Source of the DNA: Burkholderiales bacterium
GTDB taxonomy: Bacteria; Pseudomonadota; Gammaproteobacteria; Burkholderiales; Burkholderiaceae_C
Reading direction: 5' to 3'
Length of the DNA stretch: 64,000 nucleotides
Assembly: GCA_018969975.1 (NCBI GenBank)
Contig: JAGWXI010000003.1
Coordinates: 902 to 64,901 of the forward strand
The position numbers and the translations under genes are program-made. Shown piece by piece: positions 21,890 to 31,497 of this stretch. Every line of letters begins with the position of its first letter. Position 1 is the stretch's first letter. The notes beneath the pieces were generated by a model, which saw only the letters and a list, made by a program, of their open reading frames with translations, made no database searches and was not told where the DNA came from.

Positions 21890-24154
21890 TTACTTTTTCA
21901 CACAATCAGCAAAGTAGCGCTTTACGCCGTCGTCACCGACCTCTTCCACCATGCCGTGGATGTCTGTCTCAAATCCAGGACATTGGCGATTGAATTCGCG
22001 GGCGAACTTCAAATAGTCCACGATCTTTTTATTAAACACTTCACCTGGAACAAGTAGGGGGATTCCAGGTGGATAAGGCGTTAGCAAACTTGTCGTGACA
22101 CGCCCTTCGAGTGCATCAACCGATACCCGCTCAGTGTTGCGTCGTGCAATTTGCGCATAAGCGTCACTGGGTTTCATGGCTGGGGTAAGGTCACTTAGAT
22201 ACATATCCGTTGTGAGTCGGGCAATGTCGTATTTCGCATAGAGCGTATGCACATGCTGGCAAAGGTCACGCAAGCCCATGCGTTCGTATTTTTTGTATTT
22301 TTGACAGAACTCCGGCAAGATGCGCCACATCGGTTGGTTGCGGTCATAGTCGTCTTTGAACTGCTGCAAAGCTGTGAGCAAAGAGTTCCAACGACCTTTG
22401 GTGATACCGATGGTGAACATGATGAAGAAGCTGTAGAGCCCGGTCTTTTCTACGATCACGCCGTGCTCGGCCAAAAACTTGGTCACGATGCTGGCAGGAA
22501 TGCCTGCGTTGTCGAACTTGCCGTCCAAATCTAATCCCGGAGTCACGATGGTCGCCTTGATGGGATCGAGCATATTGAAACCATCCGCCAACTTGCCAAA
22601 TCCGTGCCACTTGGAGGTTTTGCCCGCTCCTTTGATCACCCAGCTATCCGCGCGTCCGATACCGTCTTCTACTAAGTCGTCAGGCCCCCAAACTTTGAAC
22701 CACCAATCTTTGCCATATTCCTCGTCCACTTTGCGCATGGCGCGACGGAAATCAAGCGCCTCAGCAATACTTTCTTCAACCAGGGCCGTTCCACTGGGAG
22801 GCTCCATCATGGCGGCGGCCACGTCGCAGCTAGCAATGATGCTGTACTGCGGGCTGGTACTGGTGTGCATCAAGTAGGCCTCGTTGAACAAATGTCTATC
22901 GAGCTTGTTCTTTTGCGAGTCTTGCACCAATACATGGCTGGCTTGGCTAATTCCTGCTAATAGTTTGTGAATAGACTGGGTCGAATACACCATCGAATGG
23001 ACGGGACGTACGCGCTTTTTTCCCATGGCATGGTAAGCACCGTAGAAGGGATGAAATGCCGCATGGGGTAGCCAAGCCTCATCAAAATGCAGGTTAGGAA
23101 TATAGCCATCCAACATCTGCTTGATGGTCTCGGTGTTGTAGAGAACGCCGTCATAGGTTGACTGGGTTAGCGTCAGAACACGCGGAATAGCCTTTTTAGG
23201 ATTGACACCTTTGAGCAATGGATTAGCTTTTATTTTTTCTTGAATTGCTTCAGGCGCAAATTCGCTTTGCGGGATAGGCCCAATGATGCCGTAATGGTTA
23301 CGCGTTGGCTTTAAAAATACCGGCACCGCACCTGTCATGATGATGGCATGCAAGACCGACTTGTGGCAGTTGCGATCAACGACTACAACGTCATCGGGTG
23401 CTACCGTGTGGTGCCACACCATTTTGTTAGAAGTGCTGGTGCCGTTGGTCACAAAAAAGCAATGGTCCGCATTAAAAATACGCGCTGCATTGCGTTCACT
23501 CTCGCCAATCGCGCCGTTATGGTCGAGTAATTGACCGAGTTCTTCAACAGCGTTACAAACATCAGCGCGCAACATGTTTTCACCATAAAACTGGTGGTAC
23601 ATCTGCCCCACAGGACTCTTTAAAAACGCTACCCCCCCAGAGTGACCAGGACAGTGCCAAGAATAAGAGCCATCTTCTGCATAGTCGAGCAAGGCTTTAA
23701 AGAAAGGGGGCTGCACACCTTCCAAATACACCTTGGCTTCACGGATGATGTGACGCGCTACAAATTCAGGCGTGTCTTCAAACATATGAATAAAGCCGTG
23801 CAACTCGCGCAAGATGTCATTGGGAAGATGACGCGATGTTTTGGTTTCACCGTATACGTAAATGGGGACATCCTCATTTTTACGACGAACTTCTTGGATA
23901 AAGTCGCGCAGATTCATCACTGCAGGATCTAAATCAGGGCCTGGCGTAAATTCTTCATCATCGATAGACAAAATAAAAGCACTGGCGCGAGACTGTTGTT
24001 GCGCAAACTGGCTCAAATCACCATAACTGGTCACACCCATAACCTCGTAACCCTCGCCTTCAATGGCATCGGCTAGTGCACGAATGCCCAGGCCCGACGT
24101 GTTCTCGGAACGAAAATCCTCGTCGATGATGACAATAGGAAAACGAAATTTCAT
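21890..24154 (-). CDS. Arginine/lysine/ornithine decarboxylase (PLP fold type I with wing domain)
   Basis: WHCPGHSGG, TNGTSTSN, DRNCHKS, HFDEAW, QSIHKLL (PLP lysine), PYPPGIP. Confidence 0.93.
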   Translation of the reverse strand: MKFRFPIVIIDEDFRSENTSGLGIRALADAIEGEGYEVMGVTSYGDLSQFAQQQSRASAFILSIDDEEFTPGPDLDPAVMNLRDFIQEVRRKNEDVPIYVYGETKTSRHLPNDILRELHGFIHMFEDTPEFVARHIIREAKVYLEGVQPPFFKALLDYAEDGSYSWHCPGHSGGVAFLKSPVGQMYHQFYGENMLRADVCNAVEELGQLLDHNGAIGESERNAARIFNADHCFFVTNGTSTSNKMVWHHTVAPDDVVVVDRNCHKSVLHAIIMTGAVPVFLKPTRNHYGIIGPIPQSEFAPEAIQEKIKANPLLKGVNPKKAIPRVLTLTQSTYDGVLYNTETIKQMLDGYIPNLHFDEAWLPHAAFHPFYGAYHAMGKKRVRPVHSMVYSTQSIHKLLAGISQASHVLVQDSQKNKLDRHLFNEAYLMHTSTSPQYSIIASCDVAAAMMEPPSGTALVEESIAEALDFRRAMRKVDEEYGKDWWFKVWGPDDLVEDGIGRADSWVIKGAGKTSKWHGFGKLADGFNMLDPIKATIVTPGLDLDGKFDNAGIPASIVTKFLAEHGVIVEKTGLYSFFIMFTIGITKGRWNSLLTALQQFKDDYDRNQPMWRILPEFCQKYKKYERMGLRDLCQHVHTLYAKYDIARLTTDMYLSDLTPAMKPSDAYAQIARRNTERVSVDALEGRVTTSLLTPYPPGIPLLVPGEVFNKKIVDYLKFAREFNRQCPGFETDIHGMVEEVGDDGVKRYFADCVKK

Positions 24155-24234
24155 GCAGCGCTCCGAATTTGAAAAAAGAACAAAGCCATAAACAGCGCCG
24201 AAGTGTAACTGCCACTGTTAGAATTATCGGCAAC

Positions 24235-24324
24235 GGAGCGGTGGATGAGCGGTTTAAGTCACACGCCTGGAAAGCGTGCGTGGGTTAATCCCCACCGCGG
24301 GTTCGAATCCCGCCTGCTCCGCCA
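24235..24324 (+). tRNA. tRNA-Ser (anticodon GGA)
   Basis: GGAGCGGTGGATGAGCGG...CT-GGA-AA...long variable arm...GGTTCGAATCC...GCTCCGCCA; 90 nt. Confidence 0.95.
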
Positions 24325-24431
24325 AATGTCAAGGCCTTATGTGGCACTCTTGCTTTACCCAATAAGTTCATGTAACTTCATCCAATTTATTTAAGCAATT
24401 TTCTATTTCCTTCCTCAGCAAAGGCCTCTCA

Positions 24432-25010
24432 ATGTCATTGATCGAAATTCGCAAGCGCTCCCTGTTGATAGAAACTACGCACCACGAAGGGGGCCCTTTG
24501 GTGGATACCCCGTTAAAACTTGCAGCCTCTTGTGCAGTGATACGTAACCCATTTGCTGGACGCTACGAACCAAATTTGATGCCGTTTATGGCCGAATTGC
24601 GTAGCTTAGGTACCTTGCTAGCAAATGAGTTGGTCGACACCTTGGGAAAAGAAAACGTAGAGGTCTACAGCAAGGCTGCAATCGTCGGCATCAATGGCGA
24701 AATGGAACACGGTGCAGTCTGGCATGAAGCCGGGGGGTGGGCCATGCGTTCGGTTCTTGGTGAACCCAAAGCCATGGTACCTGCGGTGAAAGCTGTTGCC
24801 AGTGCCGGATACCGCATGATGGTTCCTGTTCACTATATTCATGCTTCTTATGTACGAAGCCATTTCAACAGCATAGAAATTGGCATTCAAGATGCGCCAC
24901 GTCCCAACGAAATATTGTTTGCATTGGTCATGGGAACAGGTGGGCGCGTGCACTCTCGCTTAGGTGGTTTACTCAAGGAAAAAGTTTCAGTACACGACGG
25001 ACAGCGCTGA
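24432..25010 (+). CDS. DUF1185 (amino acid synthesis family) protein, paralogue A
   Basis: AVIRNPFAGRY, KAAIVG..GEMEH, VRSHF, DAPRPNEI, RLGGL. Confidence 0.85.
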   Translation: MSLIEIRKRSLLIETTHHEGGPLVDTPLKLAASCAVIRNPFAGRYEPNLMPFMAELRSLGTLLANELVDTLGKENVEVYSKAAIVGINGEMEHGAVWHEAGGWAMRSVLGEPKAMVPAVKAVASAGYRMMVPVHYIHASYVRSHFNSIEIGIQDAPRPNEILFALVMGTGGRVHSRLGGLLKEKVSVHDGQR

Positions 25011-25090
25011 GCAGAAAACCCTTGGTTCCCTCTCAGATGTAAAAGTCCCAGCGTTACTGGATATTGCCTATAACCACAAGCATCTTTTAG

Positions 25091-28000
25091 TCAAGGTGCG
25101 CGCAGCCGCGATATAGATTCAGTGAGATTCTGCCAAGCGGGTTGCAGGGGTGCGTAGCGCTCCCGCATCCAAGCTACGATTTCTGCTAATTGCTGGTCGT
25201 TAAGGCTGTTTGCAAATCCCGGCATAAAACCAATCTCACGTGATGCGGGTCGTTGAACGCCTTCCAAAATAACCCGAATCAAATTGTCTGGCCTCTCACT
25301 ATGCAATTTGGAACTGAGCGCCAAGGGATGATTCAAGCCAAGCACTTGCGGACCTTCACCATCGTGGTGGCAACTTGCGCAACTGCCCTCAAACTGTCTT
25401 TGTGCGGAACTTGGTAATGGCGCAAATGCGGCTGCATATTGCACGACCTCCAACGCCTGCGTTGCAAGTTGAGGGGTTTCCTTCACAGGGTTGAGGCTAC
25501 TCAAGTAAACAGCCATAGCACGCAAATCACTCTCTCCCACCGCTTGTAATTCTCTTATGACTTGAGCCATGGGGCCTGCGGCCATGCCATGCTGAGGGCT
25601 GTGGCCTTTACGTAAATATTGGTAAAAGGCCTCTTGTGACCATGGCACAGGGCTTCTATTGAAAGCGTTCAATGCAGGTGCTTCCCAGCCATCAACCAAA
25701 GCACCTTGCATATAAGATGTTCGACTTTTCTCGGCACCTAAGAAACCACGAGGTGTATGACATCCTCCACAGTGCCCCACACCGTTGACTAACTCAGCGC
25801 CTCGATTCCAAGCATCAGACTGATTAGCATCGGGTAAGAACCGCGTCTCGGTGTGAAATATCGCATTCCAAAATCCCATCAAAGGCCGCAAATTAAAAGG
25901 AAAAACAAGTTGCGTTTTCGGCGGTCGCGACGACACCGGGGCTTGCGTCATCAAGTAAGCGTACAAAGCCATCATGTCTTCGTCGCGCATTTGTGCAAAG
26001 GCTGTGTAAGGAAAAGCTGGATACAGCGCATGGCCTTCGCGCGATATTCCTTCGCGCATAGCGCGCTCGAACGCACGAAAAGTCCAACCCCCGATGCCGG
26101 TCTCTTTATCGGGTGTGAGATTGGTGGTGTAAACCGTGCCAAATGGTGTGGTCATCGCACGACCACCTGCATTATGTTGTCCATTTTCTGATGTGTGGCA
26201 ACCAGCACAATTGCCTAATGCAGCGACTTGTTGTCCGCGTGCCAACATACTCGCGCTAAAGGAAGACACTTCCACTCCAGCTACTTTGGGCAGACTACTT
26301 CGCCAACCCAGCAATGCTCCACTAACGGTCAAGACACCCATTGCAAAAGCAGAGATTTGCCCTATTCGTCTTCGCCAATAAGGCTTTTGGGCAGGTTGTT
26401 GCGTAAAGGCAGGTTTCCACTTTTTCCATATTGGGGTCGTTTTGTTCGAACCGGTTGAATTGGTACTTACGCTCGAGTCCCCTAGAGGATGCAAAGCCGC
26501 ACGAACCACCTCTGGCGTAAAGGGCGGGTTTCGAAAGCGAATTCCAGTGGCATCAAAAATAGCGTTTGCAATTGCCGCAGTACCCGGTACAGATGATGAC
26601 TCCCCGGCTCCCAAAGGCACCTCATCTTGTCTCGGCATTTGCATAACTTCAATAACTGGCACCTCACGAAAACTCAAAATTGGATAGCTCCCCCACTCTT
26701 GGCTCACCACACTGCCGTTTATGGGGTTCGTTTGCACTTGTTCTTTTAAAGCACGACTGGTGGTTTGCACCACATTTCCATGGACTTGGTGTTGCACCCC
26801 TTGCGGATTGATCATCAAACCAGCATCGTGTCCCACCACCACTCTTTTTACATGTACCTCACCTGTAAGGCGATGTACTTGCACATCAGCAACCCATGCG
26901 GCCCAAGCTGCGCCAAACCCTGGCCACTTGCTGTGAATGTAACGCGCATAGGCAAAACCCTGTCCTTGAAGCCACTCCCCTTCGCGGGCTTGTTGTTGCG
27001 GTTGAACATGCGACTTCCATTGCGCACGATTAGCAGTGGCTTGCACAAGTTCATGCGCTCGCGGATCTTGCAAGATACGTAAGCGGTATTCGACGGGATC
27101 TACTTTGGCCGCAGTTGCTAACTCATCGATATAGCTTTCATGCGCAAAAGAATTGGGTAGCGCCGACACTCCACGCAACCAAGAAGCACGCAATATAGGT
27201 GGCATATCTTGTACACGCACTCGTAGATTTTTGTAGTCGTAGGGAGGGCGTGCAGTGCGGTCACCCATCTCAAAAGCTCGGGCCAAAGGCTCAATCGTGC
27301 GGGTTAACAGCAATGCCAAAGTGGGTGCACCATTCGACGGGTAGGCTGTTTGAAAGTCGTAGGCGGCAGGCGTGCCGTCGGAATAGATACCCCCCCGCAC
27401 TTGCATCAGTTGCGCAGCGCCTTTGGGCTCCCAAACATGCTCTTGCTCGCGGGTTAACTGCACGCGTACTGGTGCAAGCACAGCGCGAGATAACAAGGCA
27501 GCATCAGCCGTCACATCATCAGCCCCATTTCGGCCGTAACATCCTGCAGCCTCCATGCGAACAACATCTACAGCGGTATCTGCAATACCCATCAAGAGAG
27601 CTAAATCAGCTCGAAGGACGTGCGGATTTTGGCTACCCGACCAGACCCGCAATTGAATCTGTGGCGCTTCAGGGTCACCCTTTTCCATCCAATGTGCAAC
27701 AGCACAGGAAGGCCCTAGGGAGGCATGCATCTGGTAAGGCCAAACATAAGTGCGATCCAGAGTTTTATCCGCGTCTAGCAGGGCCTGGTCAACTTGGCCT
27801 TCATTGACTAACTCGCGCGTGGTACTGGATTGGTTACGTAAGGCTTGCTCAATATCTTCTAACCCGCGAATACCTGGCCAAGACTTCCAGTGAACCTCTA
27901 GTTCAAGCAAAGCTTGCTCTGCATGTTCTTCACGTTGCGCAACTACGCCAACAAAGTCGCGTTGCGTCACAACCGCCAAGATACCTGGAATGTGATGGAT

Positions 28001-28753
28001 GGACGCTGGCTCTACACGCTCCAAGGTGTTTCCAATAAAGTCCCCGCTATCAACCCCCGCATAAGGCGGTCGCACTACTCGACCATGTAGCATTCCCGGT
28101 AATCGCATATCGTGCACAAACGTCGTTTCACCCTTAACTTTGGCTAACAAATCCACCCGTGGCAAATTGGTGCCTATCAAGGTGTAATCCGCAGGAGTCT
28201 TCAGTGTGACGCTGGTATCAAGCATCAGCTGCGTCCGTTGGCCTCGTAACCATTGACTAATGTTTGCAGCTTGCGTGGGGCCTCGCACAACACCATCGAT
28301 CATCTGCAACACTGAAACTTCCAAGGACCAAGCTTTTGCAGCTTGCTGCAGGAGCCAATGCCGAGCTTGCGCACACGCATAACGCAAGGGTTGCGCATGG
28401 ATTTGTAAAGAAGCGCTAGCAATGGTGGCGCCTTGGTTTGGAGCCACTGCGGTATTGCCCATTACCACCCGAACCCGCTCAGGCAAGATATTCAGTTCCT
28501 CTGCTACCACCTGTGTTAAAGCGGTACGCAAACCAGTGCCCAAATCCACATGACCATGAAAAGCCGTAACGCTACCGTCATCCCATAAAGCCAATAAAAA
28601 TTCGAGGCCCTCAGCTGGATTTCCCACCACTAAAGCAGGTTGGCCGGGGCTTGGTGGTGGAGCTGGTGGCGGGTCTCGCGCGATCAGCAAGACACCTTGG
28701 GCGACATGCAAATCGGCGCGGCTAAGCGCGAGTTTTGCTCGTAGGTCACTCAT
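25091..28753 (-). CDS. nicB: Nicotinate dehydrogenase large subunit (NicB-like): xanthine-oxidase-family molybdopterin domain fused to tri-haem cytochrome c
   Basis: GHVDLGTG, GMLHGRVVRPP, PLGAGE, ANAIFDATGIRFR; one hydrophobic helix followed by CAGCH, CGGCH and CASCH; ATG at 28753 overlaps the upstream stop; substrate inferred from context. Confidence 0.82.
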   Translation of the reverse strand: MSDLRAKLALSRADLHVAQGVLLIARDPPPAPPPSPGQPALVVGNPAEGLEFLLALWDDGSVTAFHGHVDLGTGLRTALTQVVAEELNILPERVRVVMGNTAVAPNQGATIASASLQIHAQPLRYACAQARHWLLQQAAKAWSLEVSVLQMIDGVVRGPTQAANISQWLRGQRTQLMLDTSVTLKTPADYTLIGTNLPRVDLLAKVKGETTFVHDMRLPGMLHGRVVRPPYAGVDSGDFIGNTLERVEPASIHHIPGILAVVTQRDFVGVVAQREEHAEQALLELEVHWKSWPGIRGLEDIEQALRNQSSTTRELVNEGQVDQALLDADKTLDRTYVWPYQMHASLGPSCAVAHWMEKGDPEAPQIQLRVWSGSQNPHVLRADLALLMGIADTAVDVVRMEAAGCYGRNGADDVTADAALLSRAVLAPVRVQLTREQEHVWEPKGAAQLMQVRGGIYSDGTPAAYDFQTAYPSNGAPTLALLLTRTIEPLARAFEMGDRTARPPYDYKNLRVRVQDMPPILRASWLRGVSALPNSFAHESYIDELATAAKVDPVEYRLRILQDPRAHELVQATANRAQWKSHVQPQQQAREGEWLQGQGFAYARYIHSKWPGFGAAWAAWVADVQVHRLTGEVHVKRVVVGHDAGLMINPQGVQHQVHGNVVQTTSRALKEQVQTNPINGSVVSQEWGSYPILSFREVPVIEVMQMPRQDEVPLGAGESSSVPGTAAIANAIFDATGIRFRNPPFTPEVVRAALHPLGDSSVSTNSTGSNKTTPIWKKWKPAFTQQPAQKPYWRRRIGQISAFAMGVLTVSGALLGWRSSLPKVAGVEVSSFSASMLARGQQVAALGNCAGCHTSENGQHNAGGRAMTTPFGTVYTTNLTPDKETGIGGWTFRAFERAMREGISREGHALYPAFPYTAFAQMRDEDMMALYAYLMTQAPVSSRPPKTQLVFPFNLRPLMGFWNAIFHTETRFLPDANQSDAWNRGAELVNGVGHCGGCHTPRGFLGAEKSRTSYMQGALVDGWEAPALNAFNRSPVPWSQEAFYQYLRKGHSPQHGMAAGPMAQVIRELQAVGESDLRAMAVYLSSLNPVKETPQLATQALEVVQYAAAFAPLPSSAQRQFEGSCASCHHDGEGPQVLGLNHPLALSSKLHSERPDNLIRVILEGVQRPASREIGFMPGFANSLNDQQLAEIVAWMRERYAPLQPAWQNLTESISRLRAP

Positions 28754-29223
28754 TCCGTAGCGGCCATTAAGGCGCAGGCTCGATTCAACGCATCCATAAT
28801 TTCCAGATGAGCACCGCATCGACAAAGATTTCCAGACATGGCATTTCGAATGTGCGCTTCAGTTGGCTTTGGATTCTTATTGAGCATGGCAACCGCTGTC
28901 ATAACCATGCCGTTTAAGCAGTAACCGCATTGAGCTGCTTGGGCATCAACAAACGCTTGCTGCACAAAATGCAATTTTTTCCCAGTGGCGAGCCCCTCTA
29001 GGGTAGTGATAGATCGGTCTTGCACTTCGCTCGCGGGTATCACACATGCCCGAGCAGCAATTCCGTCAACGAGCACAGTGCATGCACCACACTCGCCTAA
29101 TCCACAGCCGTACTTGGGTCCATTGAGTCCTAAGTCGTTGCGCAAAACATGAAGCAAAGTTGCCTGCTTGGTGAGCGACAAACTATGTGTCTGACCATTG
29201 ACGAACAACTGGACCTGTTTCAT
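28750..29223 (-). CDS. nicA: Nicotinate dehydrogenase small subunit, two [2Fe-2S] clusters (NicA-like)
   Basis: GCGLGECGACTV, QCGYC, NLCRCG; coupled to the large subunit; AGGA precedes ATG 29223. Confidence 0.82.
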   Translation of the reverse strand: MKQVQLFVNGQTHSLSLTKQATLLHVLRNDLGLNGPKYGCGLGECGACTVLVDGIAARACVIPASEVQDRSITTLEGLATGKKLHFVQQAFVDAQAAQCGYCLNGMVMTAVAMLNKNPKPTEAHIRNAMSGNLCRCGAHLEIMDALNRACALMAATE

Positions 29224-29237
29224 CGTTCCTATCAGGT

Positions 29238-29960
29238 TCAAGTTATCTTCAGATCGCTCGACTGGATTCGCTTGACGCCCTTAGTCGCCATATTTTTCCA
29301 TGCAGCGTCAACCGAGCCATTGAGGTCAATCCCGCGACAAGCATCTTCCACCACATAGGTGGTAAAGCCCGCAGTGCGAGCATCTAAGGCGGTCCACGCC
29401 ACGCAAAAGTCTGTCGCCAAACCGACCACAAAAACGGTGTGGATGCCACGTTGTTTGAGATAACCTGCTAGCCCAGTTGCGGTTTTCCTATCTGCCTCCA
29501 TGAAGGCTGAGTAGCTGTCAACATTAGCGTGGTAACCCTTACGTAAAACCAATTGGGCCGTTGGGAGTTTGAGGTCGGGGTGCAGCGCCGCATCGTTGCT
29601 GCCTTGGACGCAATGGTCGGGCCACAGCACCTGCGTGCCGTAGGGCATGTTTGTAGTCTCAAAGGGTTTTTTACCAGCATGGGCACTAGCAAATGAGGCG
29701 TGTCCTTGAGTGTGCCAGTCTTGCGTAACGATGATGTTGGCAAAAGCGGAGGCAATTTTGTTGATCACGGGTACAACCTCTGCCCCTTTAGCAACGGGTA
29801 GGGTTCCACCTTCTACAAAGCAATTCTGCACATCAACTACTATCAATGCGGACTTGTTGCTGGGTTTTATTTTCTCTGCTGAGAGCGCCCAAGGTGCCAT
29901 CGTTCCTAACGCACTCAAAATTCCGATCGAACTAACAAGTTGTCTACGATTTTTTTGCAT
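29238..29960 (-). CDS. pncA: Nicotinamidase/pyrazinamidase with N-terminal twin-arginine-like signal
   Basis: VDVQNCF, QDWH, LWPDHC, RKG...DSYSAF, ATDFCV; N-terminus NRRQLV plus hydrophobic stretch. Confidence 0.92.
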   Translation of the reverse strand: MQKNRRQLVSSIGILSALGTMAPWALSAEKIKPSNKSALIVVDVQNCFVEGGTLPVAKGAEVVPVINKIASAFANIIVTQDWHTQGHASFASAHAGKKPFETTNMPYGTQVLWPDHCVQGSNDAALHPDLKLPTAQLVLRKGYHANVDSYSAFMEADRKTATGLAGYLKQRGIHTVFVVGLATDFCVAWTALDARTAGFTTYVVEDACRGIDLNGSVDAAWKNMATKGVKRIQSSDLKIT

Positions 29961-29995
29961 AGTTTTACCCCTTTTGAAATCATTGAGAAAAAAGA

Positions 29996-30736
29996 CTAAA
30001 CACTTAAGTAATTTCGCTGCACCTCTTCGTCATCTAATAAATCTTGCATCGGAGCCTCATGACGAATTTGACCTTTTTCAAGAATGTAGGCACGGTCTGC
30101 GACCCACTGCGCAAAATGCAAGTTCTGTTCAGACAACAAAATGCTGACGCCTTCAGCCTTGAGTGCCAAGATCATATCGGCCATTTGTTCAACGATAAGC
30201 GGCGCTACGCCTTCGGACGGCTCGTCCAGCAACACTACCAAGGGGTTTGACATCAACGTTCGCGCCACTGTCAGCATTTGTTGCTCTCCGCCACTCATGC
30301 GCCCGCCAGCGCGATCTTGCATCTCGCCAAGGTTGGGAAACAGCTTAAATAATTTTTCATGAGTCCATAAGGGCGCTGGTGTTCCGTCAGGAAACAGTCG
30401 CGCTGGTTGGCGCCCTACTCTCAGGTTTTCTAGAACTGTCAGTTCTCTAAAGATGCGACGATCCTCGGGTACATACCCAAGGCCTTGTCGAGCCACTTGA
30501 TAGGGTTCAGCATGGGAGATATCTCGGTTTAAGAAACTAACCTGTCCACTGCGCTTGGTCATCATGCCCATGATGGCTTTGAGGGTCGTAGATTTACCTG
30601 CACCATTTCGCCCCATCAAGGCCACTACCTCGCCGCGTTGAACCTGAAGGCTCACGTCGAACAGAATATGTGCAGCACCATACCAAGTGTTGAGCTCTTG
30701 GGTCTGAAGCAATGAGTTGGGAGTCATATTCATCAT
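29996..30736 (-). CDS. LIV-type ABC transporter ATPase (LivF-like)
   Basis: GRNGAGKST, MSGGEQQML, LLDEPSEG. Confidence 0.9.
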   Translation of the reverse strand: MMNMTPNSLLQTQELNTWYGAAHILFDVSLQVQRGEVVALMGRNGAGKSTTLKAIMGMMTKRSGQVSFLNRDISHAEPYQVARQGLGYVPEDRRIFRELTVLENLRVGRQPARLFPDGTPAPLWTHEKLFKLFPNLGEMQDRAGGRMSGGEQQMLTVARTLMSNPLVVLLDEPSEGVAPLIVEQMADMILALKAEGVSILLSEQNLHFAQWVADRAYILEKGQIRHEAPMQDLLDDEEVQRNYLSV

Positions 30737-31497
30737 TATTTTTTTTGTTCGAAGGTTTTGCCGCTACCAAAATAGACCTCTTTTACTCTGGGATGATCGC
30801 GGATGTCTTTTGGCAGTCCTTGCGCAATCAATTGGCCCCGCGCCAAAACAATGATTCGATCTGCAAAACCGAAAACTACGTCCATGCTGTGTTCGGTAAA
30901 GAGCACAGCCATACCACTTTGCGTCACCAACTCACGGGTCAGTGCCATCAGTTTGTTACGCTCTGAAGGAGCCATACCTGCCGTAGGTTCGTCCATCAAC
31001 AACAAGCGGGGATGGTTGGCCATTGCTATCGCTAACTCTAATCGTTTGACATCTCCATAAGCGAGTTCGCTACAAGGGCGTTCAGCTTGTTCCACCAAAC
31101 CTACCTGTTCTAGCAAAGCCAGCGCATCCGTTCGACGGTAATGTGTGGCGCGTTGCCACATCGAAAACAAGTGGTTGTCATCAGACAACATAGCCATCTG
31201 TACGTTTTCAACCACTGTCAATGAATAAAAAGTTTCTGCCACTTGGAAGGTTCGACTCACCCCCATTTGCCAAACCTCGCGGGGATGCAGTCCCAGTAAC
31301 GATTTGCCTGCTAGGGTAATTTGACCAATGTCCGGGCGCAGTTGTCCATTTAGCATATTGAAAGTAGTTGACTTACCAGCTCCATTAGGACCAATCAGGG
31401 CTAATAATTCGCCAGCAGCGAGATCAAAACTAATATCGTCTACCGCGAGGTTACCGCCAAAAGATTTGCGAAGGCCTTGTACACAGAGCAAGTTCAT
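30736..31497 (-). CDS. LIV-type ABC transporter ATPase (LivG-like)
   Basis: GPNGAGKST, LAYGDVKRLE, MDEPTAG; start MNLLCV at 31497. Confidence 0.9.
   Translation of the reverse strand: MNLLCVQGLRKSFGGNLAVDDISFDLAAGELLALIGPNGAGKSTTFNMLNGQLRPDIGQITLAGKSLLGLHPREVWQMGVSRTFQVAETFYSLTVVENVQMAMLSDDNHLFSMWQRATHYRRTDALALLEQVGLVEQAERPCSELAYGDVKRLELAIAMANHPRLLLMDEPTAGMAPSERNKLMALTRELVTQSGMAVLFTEHSMDVVFGFADRIIVLARGQLIAQGLPKDIRDHPRVKEVYFGSGKTFEQKK

Noticed and set aside
28754-28825. N-terminal extension of the 1244-aa NicB ORF
   Set aside because: It overlaps nicA; ATG 28753 gives the usual ATGA stop/start coupling
25091-29223. Alternative call as a generic aldehyde, isoquinoline or xanthine dehydrogenase
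   Set aside because: Not excluded by motifs alone, but flanking pncA, hnr and enamidase make nicotinate much more likely
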